NCBI RefSeq assembly: GCF_036321535.1
Contig: NC_087448.1
Span: 53,692,001-53,756,000 of the forward strand
Reading direction: 5' to 3'
Length of the DNA: 64,000 nt
Origin: Camelus dromedarius
Lineage: Eukaryota
The number at the start of each line of letters is the position of its first letter. The first letter of the stretch is position 1. Made by a program: the position numbers and the translations under genes. Shown here in pieces: positions 13,315 through 26,131 of this stretch. The notes beneath the pieces were generated by a model. It was not told the origin of the DNA and did no database searches. It saw only the letters and a list, made by a program, of their open reading frames with translations.

Positions 13315-15649
13315 GAATGATTTCTGGAGAAGAGTTGCTAAATAATTCTTTATCACAGAGAGTTGCCAGCATAGAAAAGTTCTTTTTTTCCCCTGGGTCT
13401 GTCACAGAAGATGGCCTGGACAACATTACATTTGAGGATAAAAAGAATATATAACAATATTAGTTCCTTTTAGAATAACAAAATGTAAATTTATGGTGAG
13501 AGAGAGATGCAGAGGGAATAGCACTGTCATTGTCAGATGAGAAAGCAGAAGACAAGAGAAGGAAAGAGAACGGAGCCAAGGATTTGAAGCAGTGATGCTT
13601 TTCTTAAAGGAACCATTACCATCAAGGCACAATTCAATGTTAGAAAAGCCCAAAGGGGTCCTTCTGCCACCTTAAGGGAGATGCGGGGGGGGGGGGTGGT
13701 TTAAATGGAATCAGACGCCTGCTTGTGAGGACATCAGAACAACAAAGGGAGGAAGGGTTAGTATCAGGTTGGAGACTTCATTCTAGACAGTCCACTGGGC
13801 ACCAAGTGCAAATTTGAAATTTAAAAGATCAATTTGGCTTGTGTCTACCTAGGATTTTCCTTGTGAGATAATCACTCCCTATCATCAAACACGTTTGGGG
13901 GGAACTGTGCTATTAAACGGAATCTTCCAGGTAAGATCTGGATGTTGCTGGTGTTTGCGCACCCCGCTGGGCTGAAAGGCCCTCTGTCAAAACACAACGG
14001 CCCCTGCAGCCAGGGCCTCACCCAGCAGTGGAGGACGGGTCGGATGTGCGGCTGGAGGGGCCGTGATTACAACTTACATGCCTTCCTGGCATCGGACAGT
14101 TGTTTTATTCATTTAACATGTGACTCAGAGGGACAAGCCTCGTTCTGTTTTTCCAGGACCTGTCCCAACTTTACTGCCCACAGCCCGCTTGATTTGGGGA
14201 GCAGCCTCTCTTTTGCCTGCCTCTGACTCTTGGTTCATTCTTGGTAACATATCACTGCCAGCAGCCTTCTTGCCTCAGGCTTTTGTCTACAAATTTACAC
14301 ACGCAACGTGCCAGCTTTCCATTCTGAGAACGATTTCCAGGCTACTGAAGGGGAGAGGGAGGTTTCAGCTTCCATTTGTACTTAGGGGGAAACAATGACG
14401 TGCCATTTATTGTCCAGATAAATGACCAAATTAGCACATCTGTGCAATCTAATGAAATAAATTCCAGCTAGAACTGGCTCTAAATTGATTAGATCTGTTA
14501 CTGTGTGGCACAGAGAGAAAAAAAATTCCTTTCTGGTGGTATTTACATAATTATCAGTCATTTCATTGCCATCAATAGTAACGTATTTCTCCGTCCATTT
14601 TCTCATAAGCACAGTTCTTGTAAACACTCACGAGCAATATGACTTATTAACCAGCTGGAGACACAGCAACAAACTGGACTTTATCATATACATACCAGCC
14701 TTAAACAATGACATTGGGTTGCATTTTTAGAAAACTTCCAAAACAAAAATCATATTACAAGGTGATTTTCAGATATTATGAAATGTGAAATAGAATAGAG
14801 TTGTCCTGAGTTATTTTTTAATCACAAAAATAGAAAATATCAAAGATTATTTCAACTCCAAACCCATGATTGATTTATCTGCTGCAACTAAAGACTTTTG
14901 CTTTTTTTTTTTTTTAAAGCAATCAGTACCCAAAGTCAATCTGTTAAGAATTAAAAGCATGTGTGAAAGAAAATAGAGACTAGCTCAGAAATCATTTCCG
15001 AAAATATACTGGTGAGAATGTCCATTAGGAACTTTCAGTGATGTTCTAGATACATGCAATAAATAGAAGCTAGAGGTAAAGTTTCTTTAGCGCTAGAGTT
15101 TTCTGTGCCAGAGAAGCCTTATGACGTCTGCCTTCAGTCATTACAGAGATCCCAGTTTAGAAAGGGGGAGTGGAGCACCATACTTGATAAAGCAAATGTA
15201 AATCAGGTAGTTAAGTTGGTTATGATCACTTCTGATTATCCTTCCTTACCTGGAGACACTAACGTAATTACTCCAAGGACCATTATAAATATTAGGATCT
15301 GCAGACAGTGGCTTGGGAATAAAGCTCAAGTGCTTAGGGACAAGACAAATCCTGTCTCTGCTATTACCTTGTTAGACATAATGTAATGTGACATATGGTT
15401 TCCAGGGCTTCCTTCCAGGTAGGAAAATGAATGCAGTCACACTAACATGGGTTCTAATTAAGGAATGGAGGACTTCTGCCTGCCTCATGCTTTCGTACGC
15501 AACATGGCTTATTTTTCTCACCATTTATTTTCTATCTGTATACTTTGTTATATTCTACCGTTGTTTAAATAATACAGCCACATAGCTCTCATGTTAATCA
15601 AATTTTTATTTGGCTCTAAAAGATATCTAAAGTTCTCTGTTAAAGAACT

Positions 15650-17700
15650 AGCAGGAAATTCTGCTACTTGTCATGATGCAGTAACAGAGACCAGATTACT
15701 CATTGCCTTAAACACGTAAAACACAATGAAAAAATATGAAACAATGCTGTTCAGCCACTGGACAACAGGAAGTGTAAAACAGTGGTCCCCAAGAGAAGGA
15801 AAACAATTGTGGTGAGCCCTGACTGTCCCAGCATGTTGCATGGAGAGGGTCCAGGCTGCAGTGGAGGGAGAGGGTCCAGGCTGCAGTGGAGGGAGAGAGA
15901 ACTCAGACAGAGCATGGCCATCCTCCTGAGTGGAGGAGACAGGGCTGAGAACTAAAGGAAGCCAGGGCACCAAGAATTTGAGTGGCAGAACAGCAGGGAG
16001 AAGACTGCTGCCTGGAGAGGACCAGTCACCTAGAAAGAAAGCTCTAGAGATCTTCAGAGGGTTGGCGGCAAGTCTTTAGCTGAGTACTACTCAGTGCACG
16101 CATGTGCGGGAACTACTGGAGGCTGGGAAAAGAACTTTCAGAATGAATGGACAGGATAATTCTTGGAGCTCACACAGGCTGGAATAAATTGGGTTCCCAC
16201 CAGTCAGAATGGAAAAATCTCATGAGACATGGAACATCCAGTAAAATACTCAGAAGAGCGGATCTCAGTATTGAGAGATAAAATTAGCTCAAGACTAATT
16301 AAGCTTTTAAGCAAGCCTCGAAAGGATCAAACCGTCTGCATCCCAAGACAAAATTCAGGAACGTTTAAAGGGTTACAGAAATATCCAGCACGCTGTAAGA
16401 TAAAACTCACAATGCCTCACATACAATGAAAAATTAGTAGACATGCAAAGAAGCAGGAGAATGTGACCCATAATGAGGGGAAAAATCAGTTAACAGAAAC
16501 AGACCTAGAACTAACAGTTATTGTAATTGTATTGTATATATTCAAAAAGGTTAACGAGATATGGGAGATGTCAGACCTAAATCAAATTTCTATACATGAA
16601 AACTATAATGTCTGAGATAAAAAAACATATACACTGAATGGGGTTAACAGTAGACGTTGCAGAAGAAGAGAGTGGTGAATTTAAGACAGGGCAATAGCAA
16701 TCTCAAATGAAACAGAAAGAGGGAAACGCAAAGGAAAAAGATGATTTGAGCATCAGTGAACTCTGGGCTAACTTCAATGACCAAATATATGTGTACCTGG
16801 AGTTCCCAAATAACTAGGGTGGGTGGGTACAGGAGTCATATTGGAAGAAATAAAAGCCCCAAATTTCCCAAATTTGATGAAAACTATAAACCCACAGATT
16901 CAAGAAGCTCAACAAACCTCAAGCTCAAGAAAAACCAAAGTATATCATAATCAAATTGCTTAAAATCAGTGATTAAGAGAAAATCTTAAAAGATGCCAGA
17001 GGAAAAAAGATGTATTATATACGGAAGGACAAAGATAAGAATGACAACAGAGCAACTAAACTTCAATTTAAAAAAAAAAAGGAATGACAACAGATTTCTC
17101 ATTGGAAACAATGGAAGCCAGAAGTCAATGAACACGATCTTCAAAATACTGATAGAAAAAACTATCAGCGTAGAATTCTACACTCAGAGAAAATATCTTG
17201 CAAACGTGAAAACGAAATAAAGACATTTTCAGACACGAAGGTGAAATAATTCCTCACCCATGATCTGCACTATTAGAAATACTTCTAGTAGAAGGCAAAT
17301 CATATTAGGTGGAAATCTGTATCTACACTATACAAAGAAGGACACCTGAAATGACAAATATGTAGGCAAATAGGGCATATTTCTCTCCTTAGTTTGAAAG
17401 TCCTGTTGAAAGATAAGTGACTATATTTACACAAATCAGTTAAAAGGATGGAAAAAAGATATGTCATGCTAAACTAATCAATAAGCTGGAGTGGCTTTAT
17501 TAATACCAGGAAAGGGAGGTTTCAGAGAAAATGGTATTACCAGGCATAAAGAGGGTCACTCTGCATTGAAAAAGGGTGTTTCATTGAGAGGACATACTCT
17601 AAAACACTGATGACCCTAATAACAGACTTTCAAAGCACCTGAAACAAAACTGATTGAACTGAAAGGAGAAAGAAAAACAAAAAAGCAAAACAGGACACCC
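15650..17700 (+). mobile_element. Old L1M fragment (5' region, ORF1, start of ORF2 endonuclease), boundaries approximate
   Basis: Decayed ORF1-like text (aaaaatcttaaaagatgccagaggaaaaaag...gaattctacactcag) and EN-like text (aaaaggatggaaaaaagatatgtcatgctaaa...aaagagggtcac). Confidence 0.75.
15842..15897. repeat. Perfect 25-bp tandem duplication (gagagggtccaggctgcagtggagg x2.2)
   Basis: 15843-15867 is identical to 15868-15892. Confidence 0.95.
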
Positions 17701-17841
17701 CCACAACAGTCCTTTGGTTTTAAGTTTAGCTTAAAATATAGTTTTATTGGATTAAATCACATCCCTGAAATTTGCTAGTATTTTATTTTGCTAGATAATA
17801 TAACCCATTCAATAAAATACCATTGCCCTGAGTTGCATTAC

Positions 17842-17975
17842 CTTCTCATCAACTGCCAAATCAGGGCCAGCGTTAGGGTGCGGTTTCCTTCATTGAGATC
17901 TTGCCCACCGATGCCAACCAGGGAAAACTTAGCTTGATTCTTCCCCAGTTCCACAGCATAGTTACAGTTCTCAAG
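17842..17975 (-). CDS. LCP1: LCP1 exon 13 (134 nt)
   Basis: taacag|[44 protein letters not shown](R)|gtaatg. Confidence 0.98.
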
Positions 17976-18879
17976 CTGTTAATGAGCAGGGAGGAAAACA
18001 ATGAATGTCATCATCTCTATGATGAGAAATACCAGAGAAAGTAAGATAATAAAATAAAGCCACAAAAGGAAATAACTTAAGGGCAGATCGAATGATCTCT
18101 CAAGTCTCTCCTGGGTCTGCAATTCTGGATTCTAAACTAGTCAAATAATTTTCCGCCTTTTCTTCAATAGAACCCCTCACTTCCACTAACAAAAATATTC
18201 ATAGTGTACTTCAAGTGCAGAACCCAAATGAATGACTGTTATAAACATTTTCATGGCTATATCACACTATGTAACTGGAGGGCTATAGTTGGTAACCTGT
18301 CTATAATATTCCTAAAATGGTTAAATTCAAAGAGATTGAAATGGCAAATCTGGATTCTTCATCCTGTACGCACACAGTAGACTGAGATGTGGGACAGGTA
18401 TTCCCGTGGCTACTATGCCTAGATCACTAGGTCACAGAGACAAGAAATGCAGGGGAAGGTTTGCCTCAACCCCGTGACTGCTTTTACAAAACAACATGTC
18501 CTCATTGCGTTGAGAGTAGACATACGATTTGTACAAGTCAAACTGTTAGTACGCGGCTTCAATTCTTTAGAAAATTAGAATGAGGATCTTGCTGAGAGAA
18601 AAGCAACCCTGTAGCTCTGCTTGCTCTAATTACCTTAATTAGAATTTTTACATCATAACATTTAAAGACATCCAACATGGAATTATAAATAAGTAATCAA
18701 CTGAAATAATGAACCCACTTTAATCAAACCATTCAGATTCCTGATTGCTGTACTATAATTGAATCCCTGGATAAACATTTCTTATCTAAGTTTGGCCTCC
18801 TGATAAAGTATTCACAAGGTGCTCTTGCAGGCTCGAGGCTTCACCTGCCTACTAGAAGGTCAGAAGAGTCGTTGTTTAC

Positions 18880-18994
18880 CTTCTTCATATTACCCCCCAG
18901 TTTGGGGTATGGCGGTTTGTTTACTCTGTTCCAATCAACAGGGACTTTAATCTTTTCATAGAGCTGGAAGATGACCAGGGCATCTGACAAGTCA
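18880..18994 (-). CDS. LCP1: LCP1 exon 12 (115 nt)
   Basis: gttcag|(S)[38 protein letters not shown]|gtaaac. Confidence 0.98.
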
Positions 18995-19591
18995 CTGAAC
19001 AAAAACAAACACAAGAGAATTCTCAGATCCCCAGCATTTATGAAGGGCCTGCAGTGGGCTGGGCACTTCCTTACACCTTAGCTCAAGGCACATTCACGGG
19101 AACTTGGTGACATCAGTAGCTCTATCTTCAGAGGTGAAGAAACTCTGATTCAGTTTCAGAGAAGGGGAGGAAACTTACTGGAGGTCTCCCCCGTGTGAGG
19201 GTGGGGGTGGGGTGCCTATGTCCCTTCAACAGAAACATGCTGCCTCCGGGAAAAGAAATGTGATCTAACAAATGGCACAGGAGACACAACCGTGAACTTA
19301 ACATTGACTGTCTGGCCTGCATGTGAGCAGATCCTGGGTTTACAACGTGTATCAATTAGTCCTTTTGCTGCTGGGGTATGATTTTGTACTAAGCACACAG
19401 CAAAGCTGACGGATGGAAGTGAGTTCCTCAGATGAAGATTCAACATCAGTCGCTCAGCTTGGCATTTCCCCCTGCTTATCCAGGTGCACACATTTTGTGA
19501 AGAGCATTGCACAGGGGGTGGTATTTGAAATCTTGGGGATCTTTCCACATCATGGTATCTCACATTAAGGAAGAGTCACCCAATATTCTTA

Positions 19592-19690
<99 letters not shown>

Positions 19691-19824
19691 TTATCTTCCA
19701 GGCACCTAGAAACACTCCTTTTTTTCATGATCAAAATTTAATGAAAGAGGCTGTAATAAACACTGAAAATAGAATGAAAAAATATATAAACTCTAATTGA
19801 TTTGGATGAGGGTTTCTATTCTCT

Positions 19825-19943
19825 TTGTTTTTTGGGGGGGTAATTAGGTTTATTTATTAAATTTTTAATGGAGGTACTGGGGATTGAACCCAGGACCTAT
19901 GCATGCTAAGCACGCTCTCTACCACTGACCTATACCCTCCCCC
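19825..19943 (-). mobile_element. Full-length tRNA-Ala(AGC)-derived SINE (camelid vic-1-like)
   Basis: GGGGGAGGGTATAGGTCAGTGGTAGAGAGCGTGCTTAGCATGCATAGGTCCTGGGTTCAATCCCCAGTACCTCCA plus tail TTAAAAATTTAATAAATAAACCTAATTACCCCCCCAAAAAA. Confidence 0.85.
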
Positions 19944-20099
19944 TCACCCAAGAGTTGCTACTCTGTGTTAATTTTTTTCCATTTCAATTCAACAAGTGTT
20001 TCTATGACATCTGTTAGTAGCATGCAAGAGCCCGTGTGGGGAAACTGTTCCGAGTTGGCCCTTAAAGGCTTACATTCCTTCTGGAAAAAACAAGACTTT

Positions 20100-21090
20100 C
20101 AGGCATCAAAGAGGGATCATGCAAGCTAGAGGACTAGCATACGAGGTAGATATATTTGCTACTTGAGTTGAAATGAAGGAGAGACTTGTAGGGGCTAAAT
20201 TCAGAGGGAGTGGAATTTGAGCTTTATCTTGTAGGGCTAGTAAAATCTGGAGAGGAGAGAGGAGAGGATCTGGGCGGATAAACAGGAAATGGCAGTAGGA
20301 GACAGTGTAAATGTGAACACAAAGGGAGCGACAGGCAAGGTCTGTATTAAAACCATTAGGGACTGATTTTTCAGGGGTCTGTGTTGTACAGTTCACAGAG
20401 ATAAGGCTGTCTAGTGGCTGGAACCATAATCAGGGATCTCTGAATGCCAGGTAGCAGATTTTTGGTTGATATATTAGACAATGACAGTCATTATGGGTTC
20501 TTTATTTATTACTATAATAAATTCTTGAGCAAGGCAGAGAGATATAATGAAAGCAGTACTGTGATGTGCCTGGCAGCAGTGTGCAGAGTTACTGACAGGC
20601 AATATGCATTTAAATTAAACACACCGAGGGGACAGCGTTTGACACTGGCACATGGGCACATTCAAGTGCTTGATGGATGGAGGACCAGGCCCCTCAGACC
20701 TATTGAAATGGTTGGTGTATGATTTAATAAGAGTCCAGAAGAGCAGAAAGGAAAAAATAACAATCTCAAAGTCATTCTGTAGGAAGAATTATTAGTACTT
20801 GCTGATTCAATAGATTTAGGGGCAAAGGAGAGGAAGATATCAAAGTGGAACCCAGGGTTTTGGTGACTGAAGGGGAAAAAAGGTGGTATGATGAAAGGAA
20901 ATGGAGAATTTCTATAGGAGGGTGGATGGGATGGGGGTGGGGCAGGTGGAAAGGCAGTGGGGGAGGAGAAATGATCATTCTGTGTTGTACATGCTGAATT
21001 TCAAGTGACAGTGCCTTCAAGTAGGAGTGTTCTAGAGGCAGCTGGAAATGGCTGATTAGAGAGCTTGATATATATATTTGGTAGCCAACA
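20100..21090 (-). mobile_element. L2 remnant, approximate (others at ~6100-6235, ~43010-43090, ~45680-45750, ~63300-63720)
   Basis: Antisense L2 text (gatttaggggcaaaggagagg...catgctgaatttcaag...gaggcagctggaaat) and L2 3' (tgaa)n ends at the other sites. Confidence 0.65.
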
Positions 21091-21879
21091 GAATGCATGG
21101 ACCCCCTGACCACAATTTATCAAATGATACAAATGCAGCAATGTTGGAACACGGATTGATTTTGCATTTCCAGCTAAAGCTGAAGAAAAGGATCAACCAA
21201 TACTGGATTTCCCTTCTTTCGTGATACTCATTTATTACTACTTTGGTATTGATTTTTCTGTCTCAGTGTTGGGACTAATTCATGACGAAAAAAAGAAAAG
21301 TAAACATCTCTGGCACTTCTTTCTGTTAGAACTTGACTAAAAGTGTGTGATTTTTGTCCAGTCTTAGGGCATTAACCCCCAAAATATAACTGTCATGGAT
21401 TTTGCGGCAGAAATATTATTTTGTGGTCCTTATTACCGAAGTCAAACAAGCAAAACAAAAATCTCAGTAAGTACCTCTTAGCGTAAGTTAAATATCATTT
21501 TTAGATGATGAGTGGCTGCAATTTCTTGCCTCTAGGAATTAACATTTAGTCCATTAAGTACATAAATTAGGTTTTTGGAGCTCAGGATTTATTTCATCCG
21601 ATAATTGAATACACTGTCTTCCCTAAAACATTTAATTCTGGTAATGGATGGAGCCTATGTATAATGAATGTGATATAATGGTATTTGATTATTCTTGCTT
21701 GGCTGTAATTGACTTGATTAATCTACTTATTCTCTTTGTTATGTTCCAGAGAATTGATGACCAGTTTGCAAATCTTCCGTGTGAGGGGCTTATATTTGCT
21801 TAGGAGGTGATTTTGAATGGTCCCTGAATTAGAATTGTGAATGTTTTTCTGAACATTTAAGCAACTGGTCTCCAGTTAC

Positions 21880-22075
21880 CTTCAAGAGCCCCCCAGTCGA
21901 TGTCCTGGTTCTCTGGTTTGTGCAGGGCAGGGTATCTGTTAAAGAGGTTGGCAATGAAAGCCAAGTTCAACTTGGGGTTCCCTCGGACGACGTCTGTGGC
22001 TGTGACAAACTGTCGGCAGCCCAGCCTCTCCGCCTGCTGCAACATGCATTCTGCCCTCTGGATGTCATCCTTCTC
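21880..22075 (-). CDS. LCP1: LCP1 exon 10 (196 nt)
   Basis: ttgcag|[65 protein letters not shown]|gtaact. Confidence 0.98.
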
Positions 22076-22482
22076 CTGCAATGAGAAAGGACAGACGTCT
22101 CAAGGCTGGGTCAAGGCTCTCCAGGCACAAAGTAGGCACTGATAACATGAGAAAGAGATGGGAATCTTACTGAAACCCTTAGTATTTAACCTCAGACATA
22201 CACTTAGTCACAGCAAATTATTACCTGCATTTGCCTGAACCAAAATCAGAAAGTCACAGTAAAAGGAATGGTAAAAGTTAAGTAATCGAGTCCTCCCATC
22301 TCTCTACAGAACAGAACCATTTCAGGTGAATGGTTGTTTGTCTTGTTTTCAAAGAGATTTAGTAGATTTTACAATTTTATCATTTAAGTTGATCTTTATT
22401 TTCAACCATCAGGTTTCCTTTTTCTTATCTTGCATAGACCTCACGAAAAATGTTTATTTATTAAGTAATAAATTACATTCCT

Positions 22483-22569
22483 GGGGGGTGGGGGTGTAGC
22501 TCGGTGGTAGAGCGCATGTTTAGCATGCACAAGGTCCTGGGTTCAATCCCCAGTACCTCTGTTTAAAAA
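22483..22569 (+). mobile_element. tRNA-Ala-derived SINE with perfect 13-bp TSD
   Basis: Pol III A and B boxes, A-tail, aaattacattcct at 22470-22482 and 22570-22582. Confidence 0.9.
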
Positions 22570-23964
22570 AAATTACATTCCTATTTTCAGTGCAAAGATA
22601 TTTCTATCTGCCAGAAAGAACTTCTGATTAGCTTAACCACCTTTCCTACCCTGACTTGCTATACTTGCAACTCAGACAAAATAAACATGATCAGTAAGTT
22701 AAGCTACATAGTGACATTGATAAATATATAATATCAATTTAGCTTTTGCAGACTTTAGACTGGGGATCACTCAGTTAACAGATTAAAAGTCTATTCAAAT
22801 AGTTCTGGAGAATCTCCAGGCATTTGTAAGCAGACTCTTACTAGAAGACTGAAGTTTTGTTGAAATATATTATTCCACTGCCCTTAACAGTCTTAAAAGT
22901 CTATGAAATCACCAATTTTCAGAAAACAGAAGTTATTAAAACTGGAATTATTTCTTACTATAGGTTATACATTATACATTTCACAAGCTTTACCTCTTAT
23001 TCAGGAATGAGTTAACTTTAATATCAACTCACTGGATTTAACCCTAATGATATTAAATGAGGTGCAAGAATGAATAAGGCAACTTCTGTAGATCAACACT
23101 GAGGTGTTGGCAAAACTGAAGTTATAATTGTGCCCATTGTTTTTATTAAGTCCTCACCAGACACCAGTAAGAATTCAGACGACCCTGTCCAGTCATTTTC
23201 TCCCATGACCCTCAATGGTGGTATGAGGCAGGGCTGTGGAGCGTGAATTCTGGAGCCATCCTTGGCTTAAATCCTTGCCATGCCACATACTGGCTTTGTG
23301 GCCAGGAGGTGATTATTAGCTTCACTAACCATCAGTTTTCTCAACTATAAGACAGAGTTATTAACACATACTTCAGTGACATTTGCAAGGATTAGAGGCT
23401 GTGTAAGCAACGTGCCCAGCATATATACCTGGCGCATAGCAAGAACTCAGCTATGGGGTTTCTTCTGATTATTATTAATAGAGGAAAGAACCCCAGCTTC
23501 CGATCACATAACTTCCAATAATCTGTCATGTGATCTTGGACATATTAAAGAACCTCCCCAAGTCTCAGTTTTTTTCACCACAATAGTGGGAGTTTACCTA
23601 TTTGTATTAATACCCCACCTATTTCCAGAAACAATATTCAGGTACCAAAAAATGGAAAAAATTATCCTTCTTGGTGTCACAGAGCCCATTAAACGATGGG
23701 ACTTACGCAGAAGCGCCTCCGATGGTTTACGGCATTTAACTAGCGTTAGTTTCTTTCTTTCCTTAATGTTTATTTCCCGATTCCACTTTCCACAATTACC
23801 CCACCCTCACCCCCAAAACTGTTAACAGTTTTTCACAACTGAGCAGGGCTCTAAGCAGAGATGTGCACTCAGGGAACATGGAGTCAGGATCACCAGGGCC
23901 ATGGCAACCGCCAAGGCAGCGGAAGCACCGCGTTCTCCTAACACGGCTCGGGGCGTGGCCTTAC

Positions 23965-24060
23965 CCTTAGTCCTGACATGTCAATAACAACAGCAGGGAC
24001 GCCTTCTTCATCCCCTTTAGGAGCCACCTGTTCAAGCAGGTGGTAATAAGCTTTGGAGTC
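23965..24060 (-). CDS. LCP1: LCP1 exon 9 (96 nt)
   Basis: tcacag|[32 protein letters not shown]|gtaagg. Confidence 0.98.
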
Positions 24061-26131
24061 CTGTGAGAAATGAAGAAATTACAATTTCAAAATGGCACAG
24101 CTAATTACATACTTAGCACAACAATAATTTCCCCCAAGCAAACACATTTCATTTCTTATTCAACTCTCATTCAAGAATGCAACTTAATTAACAAAGCTGG
24201 AAATATTCACTAATTGGAATTTTCTACTTGTCTCTTTACGTATTATAAATATACTTTTAAAATTATATTTCTTTTTAAAAGGAGTATAACAGTTTGTTTT
24301 TTTTTTAAAGGACATACATAAAAGGCAACCCAAAGAAAGAAATACTATTCTGTTGTCCTTAGGGGAGAAAAATAATTTATTTACATGTATTAAATTGTAT
24401 ACAGGAAAATATATATACCTTTATATTGCTGTAGAAGTCAGTCAGCTAAGGTTTAATTTAAAAAAAAAAGTGACAGAAAAAGGAAGCAGAAGTTTAAAGC
24501 AGAGTTTAAAAGTACATTTACATGGACAATCAGCAAAAGAAAAAGATTTTAAAGACAGAAAATTGAAGCATTCACAAGCAGTCTTTATGTAAAAGGAGAA
24601 ATGTTAAGTGCATTTAATGTTTATTGAGAAGCTAGAAAAAGTGGCTAAATTTACTTATTGCAGAGTGGATATAGATATTGAATTCTCCTGTTTTCTTAGA
24701 TTCTGGAAATAAGCTTTTTGACAAAAAATTCTCTGAACCATAGTCTTCAAATTGTGTTTATTCTCACTCAATGAAATCATAAAGATTTTCAGGTAATTTA
24801 TTTAAATCATTTAAAGACTGAAAAATCAGCTGTTGCTCTGTTTGTTTTTTAAAACTGGGTGGGGCCTGAGGGGAGCAGAGGTAGCTCATGACTTTAGAAA
24901 GATGAGAACAGAGCACACCAGCTGTGGATGCTACACCCAGGAAACTGATTTTCATCTCTTTGCTCTACCTCCCCCATCTCTTTCTTTTCACTGTAGCTAT
25001 TTTGAAGTCAGTGAAAGTTCTGTGCAGGTGTTAGGCATGAATAAAATCTGTCCACTGCACATTACCTCTGTTCAGTTTTGCTAAGAGTCCTCTCATTTCA
25101 CCTGACCCTAAGAAATTTTTCTCACTCACTCTAGGATGGGAGCTATGCCCACCTTCGCTGACTTTGAATCATTTAAGGGCACCTCCCAAAGCTGCTGTAC
25201 GCTCAGATTTACAGGTCACAGCACCAACCTTGGATGAGATGCAGCTGCTTCCTGAAAACAGGCACAACCACTGCATAAGTGCTCAGCTGGCCAGCTCCTA
25301 TCTCATTAAGCCCAAAATGGTAATGCTTCTAAAGAACACAGCCTTTCAGTGAGAGGAAATCAGGTCCATTTAGGGCTCCAATCAAACATCTTAATTTTGT
25401 CTGCAAAGTTTGAGAATTTTGGATGAAATAATTGCAGAGCCTAACTGTTGAGCATCAGAGGAGATAATACTGTCCAGCTCACATTACATTCCAGTTTGGC
25501 TTGTGGTGCTAGAGGAACGTTCATAACCAATGCAAGTTGCACAGTAAGAAAAAATGATTTCGGCATTATTAGCTTATGTCTCAAGGAATGGGGGACTTTC
25601 CATTTAGAAGTTTCACTCTCACTGGCACTGGGCCTGGCAGACCTTGAGTTCTAAACACCATTGAGTCCACAGCAGGGGGAAGCTGTCACTCAAAGAATTA
25701 CAAGCCTGGATTGACTCTTAGTGAGTCACGTGGCCTTTCCTCTGACTATTGCTTTTCGCAGAAAATGTCTTTTAACTTTTGAGAAAGTGGAGACAAATGT
25801 TTTTTCTCACGTTGCATACCTGCAACTCATACCACTGGGGACAGACGTTTCTCCCTACTCCTTAAGCTCTATCTCTGTCCATCTGCCATCAATGCCAACA
25901 AGCTGTTCCTTTCACCTTGACATGGAACTCTGCACAGACTTGAAAACCACGGTGCCTGCTTCCCTCAGCCCTTCCCCTTTTGGATCTCTGTGGTAGGACT
26001 GATTGTGTCTTCCACATTTTCTGGGGTTAATTCTCATGGCAGAGAGTTTCCAGAATCATTATCTTTTAAAAACCACCCTGGTTTCTACAAACAAAAAGCT
26101 TTCAAGAAATTCACGAGTCATTTTAGAGAAG

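Noticed and set aside
13685-13696. G12 run (also G13 at 59093-59105) as a G-quadruplex
   Set aside because: Simple homopolymer slippage tracts with no contextual support; lengths may be assembly-dependent.
16756-17220. ORFs in intron 13
   Set aside because: Frameshifted remnants of an old L1 ORF1, not functional.
19868-19943. Possible tRNA-Ala(AGC) genes (also at 22483 and 28991)
   Set aside because: Stem mismatches, A-rich tails and, for most copies, TSDs mark them as SINEs.
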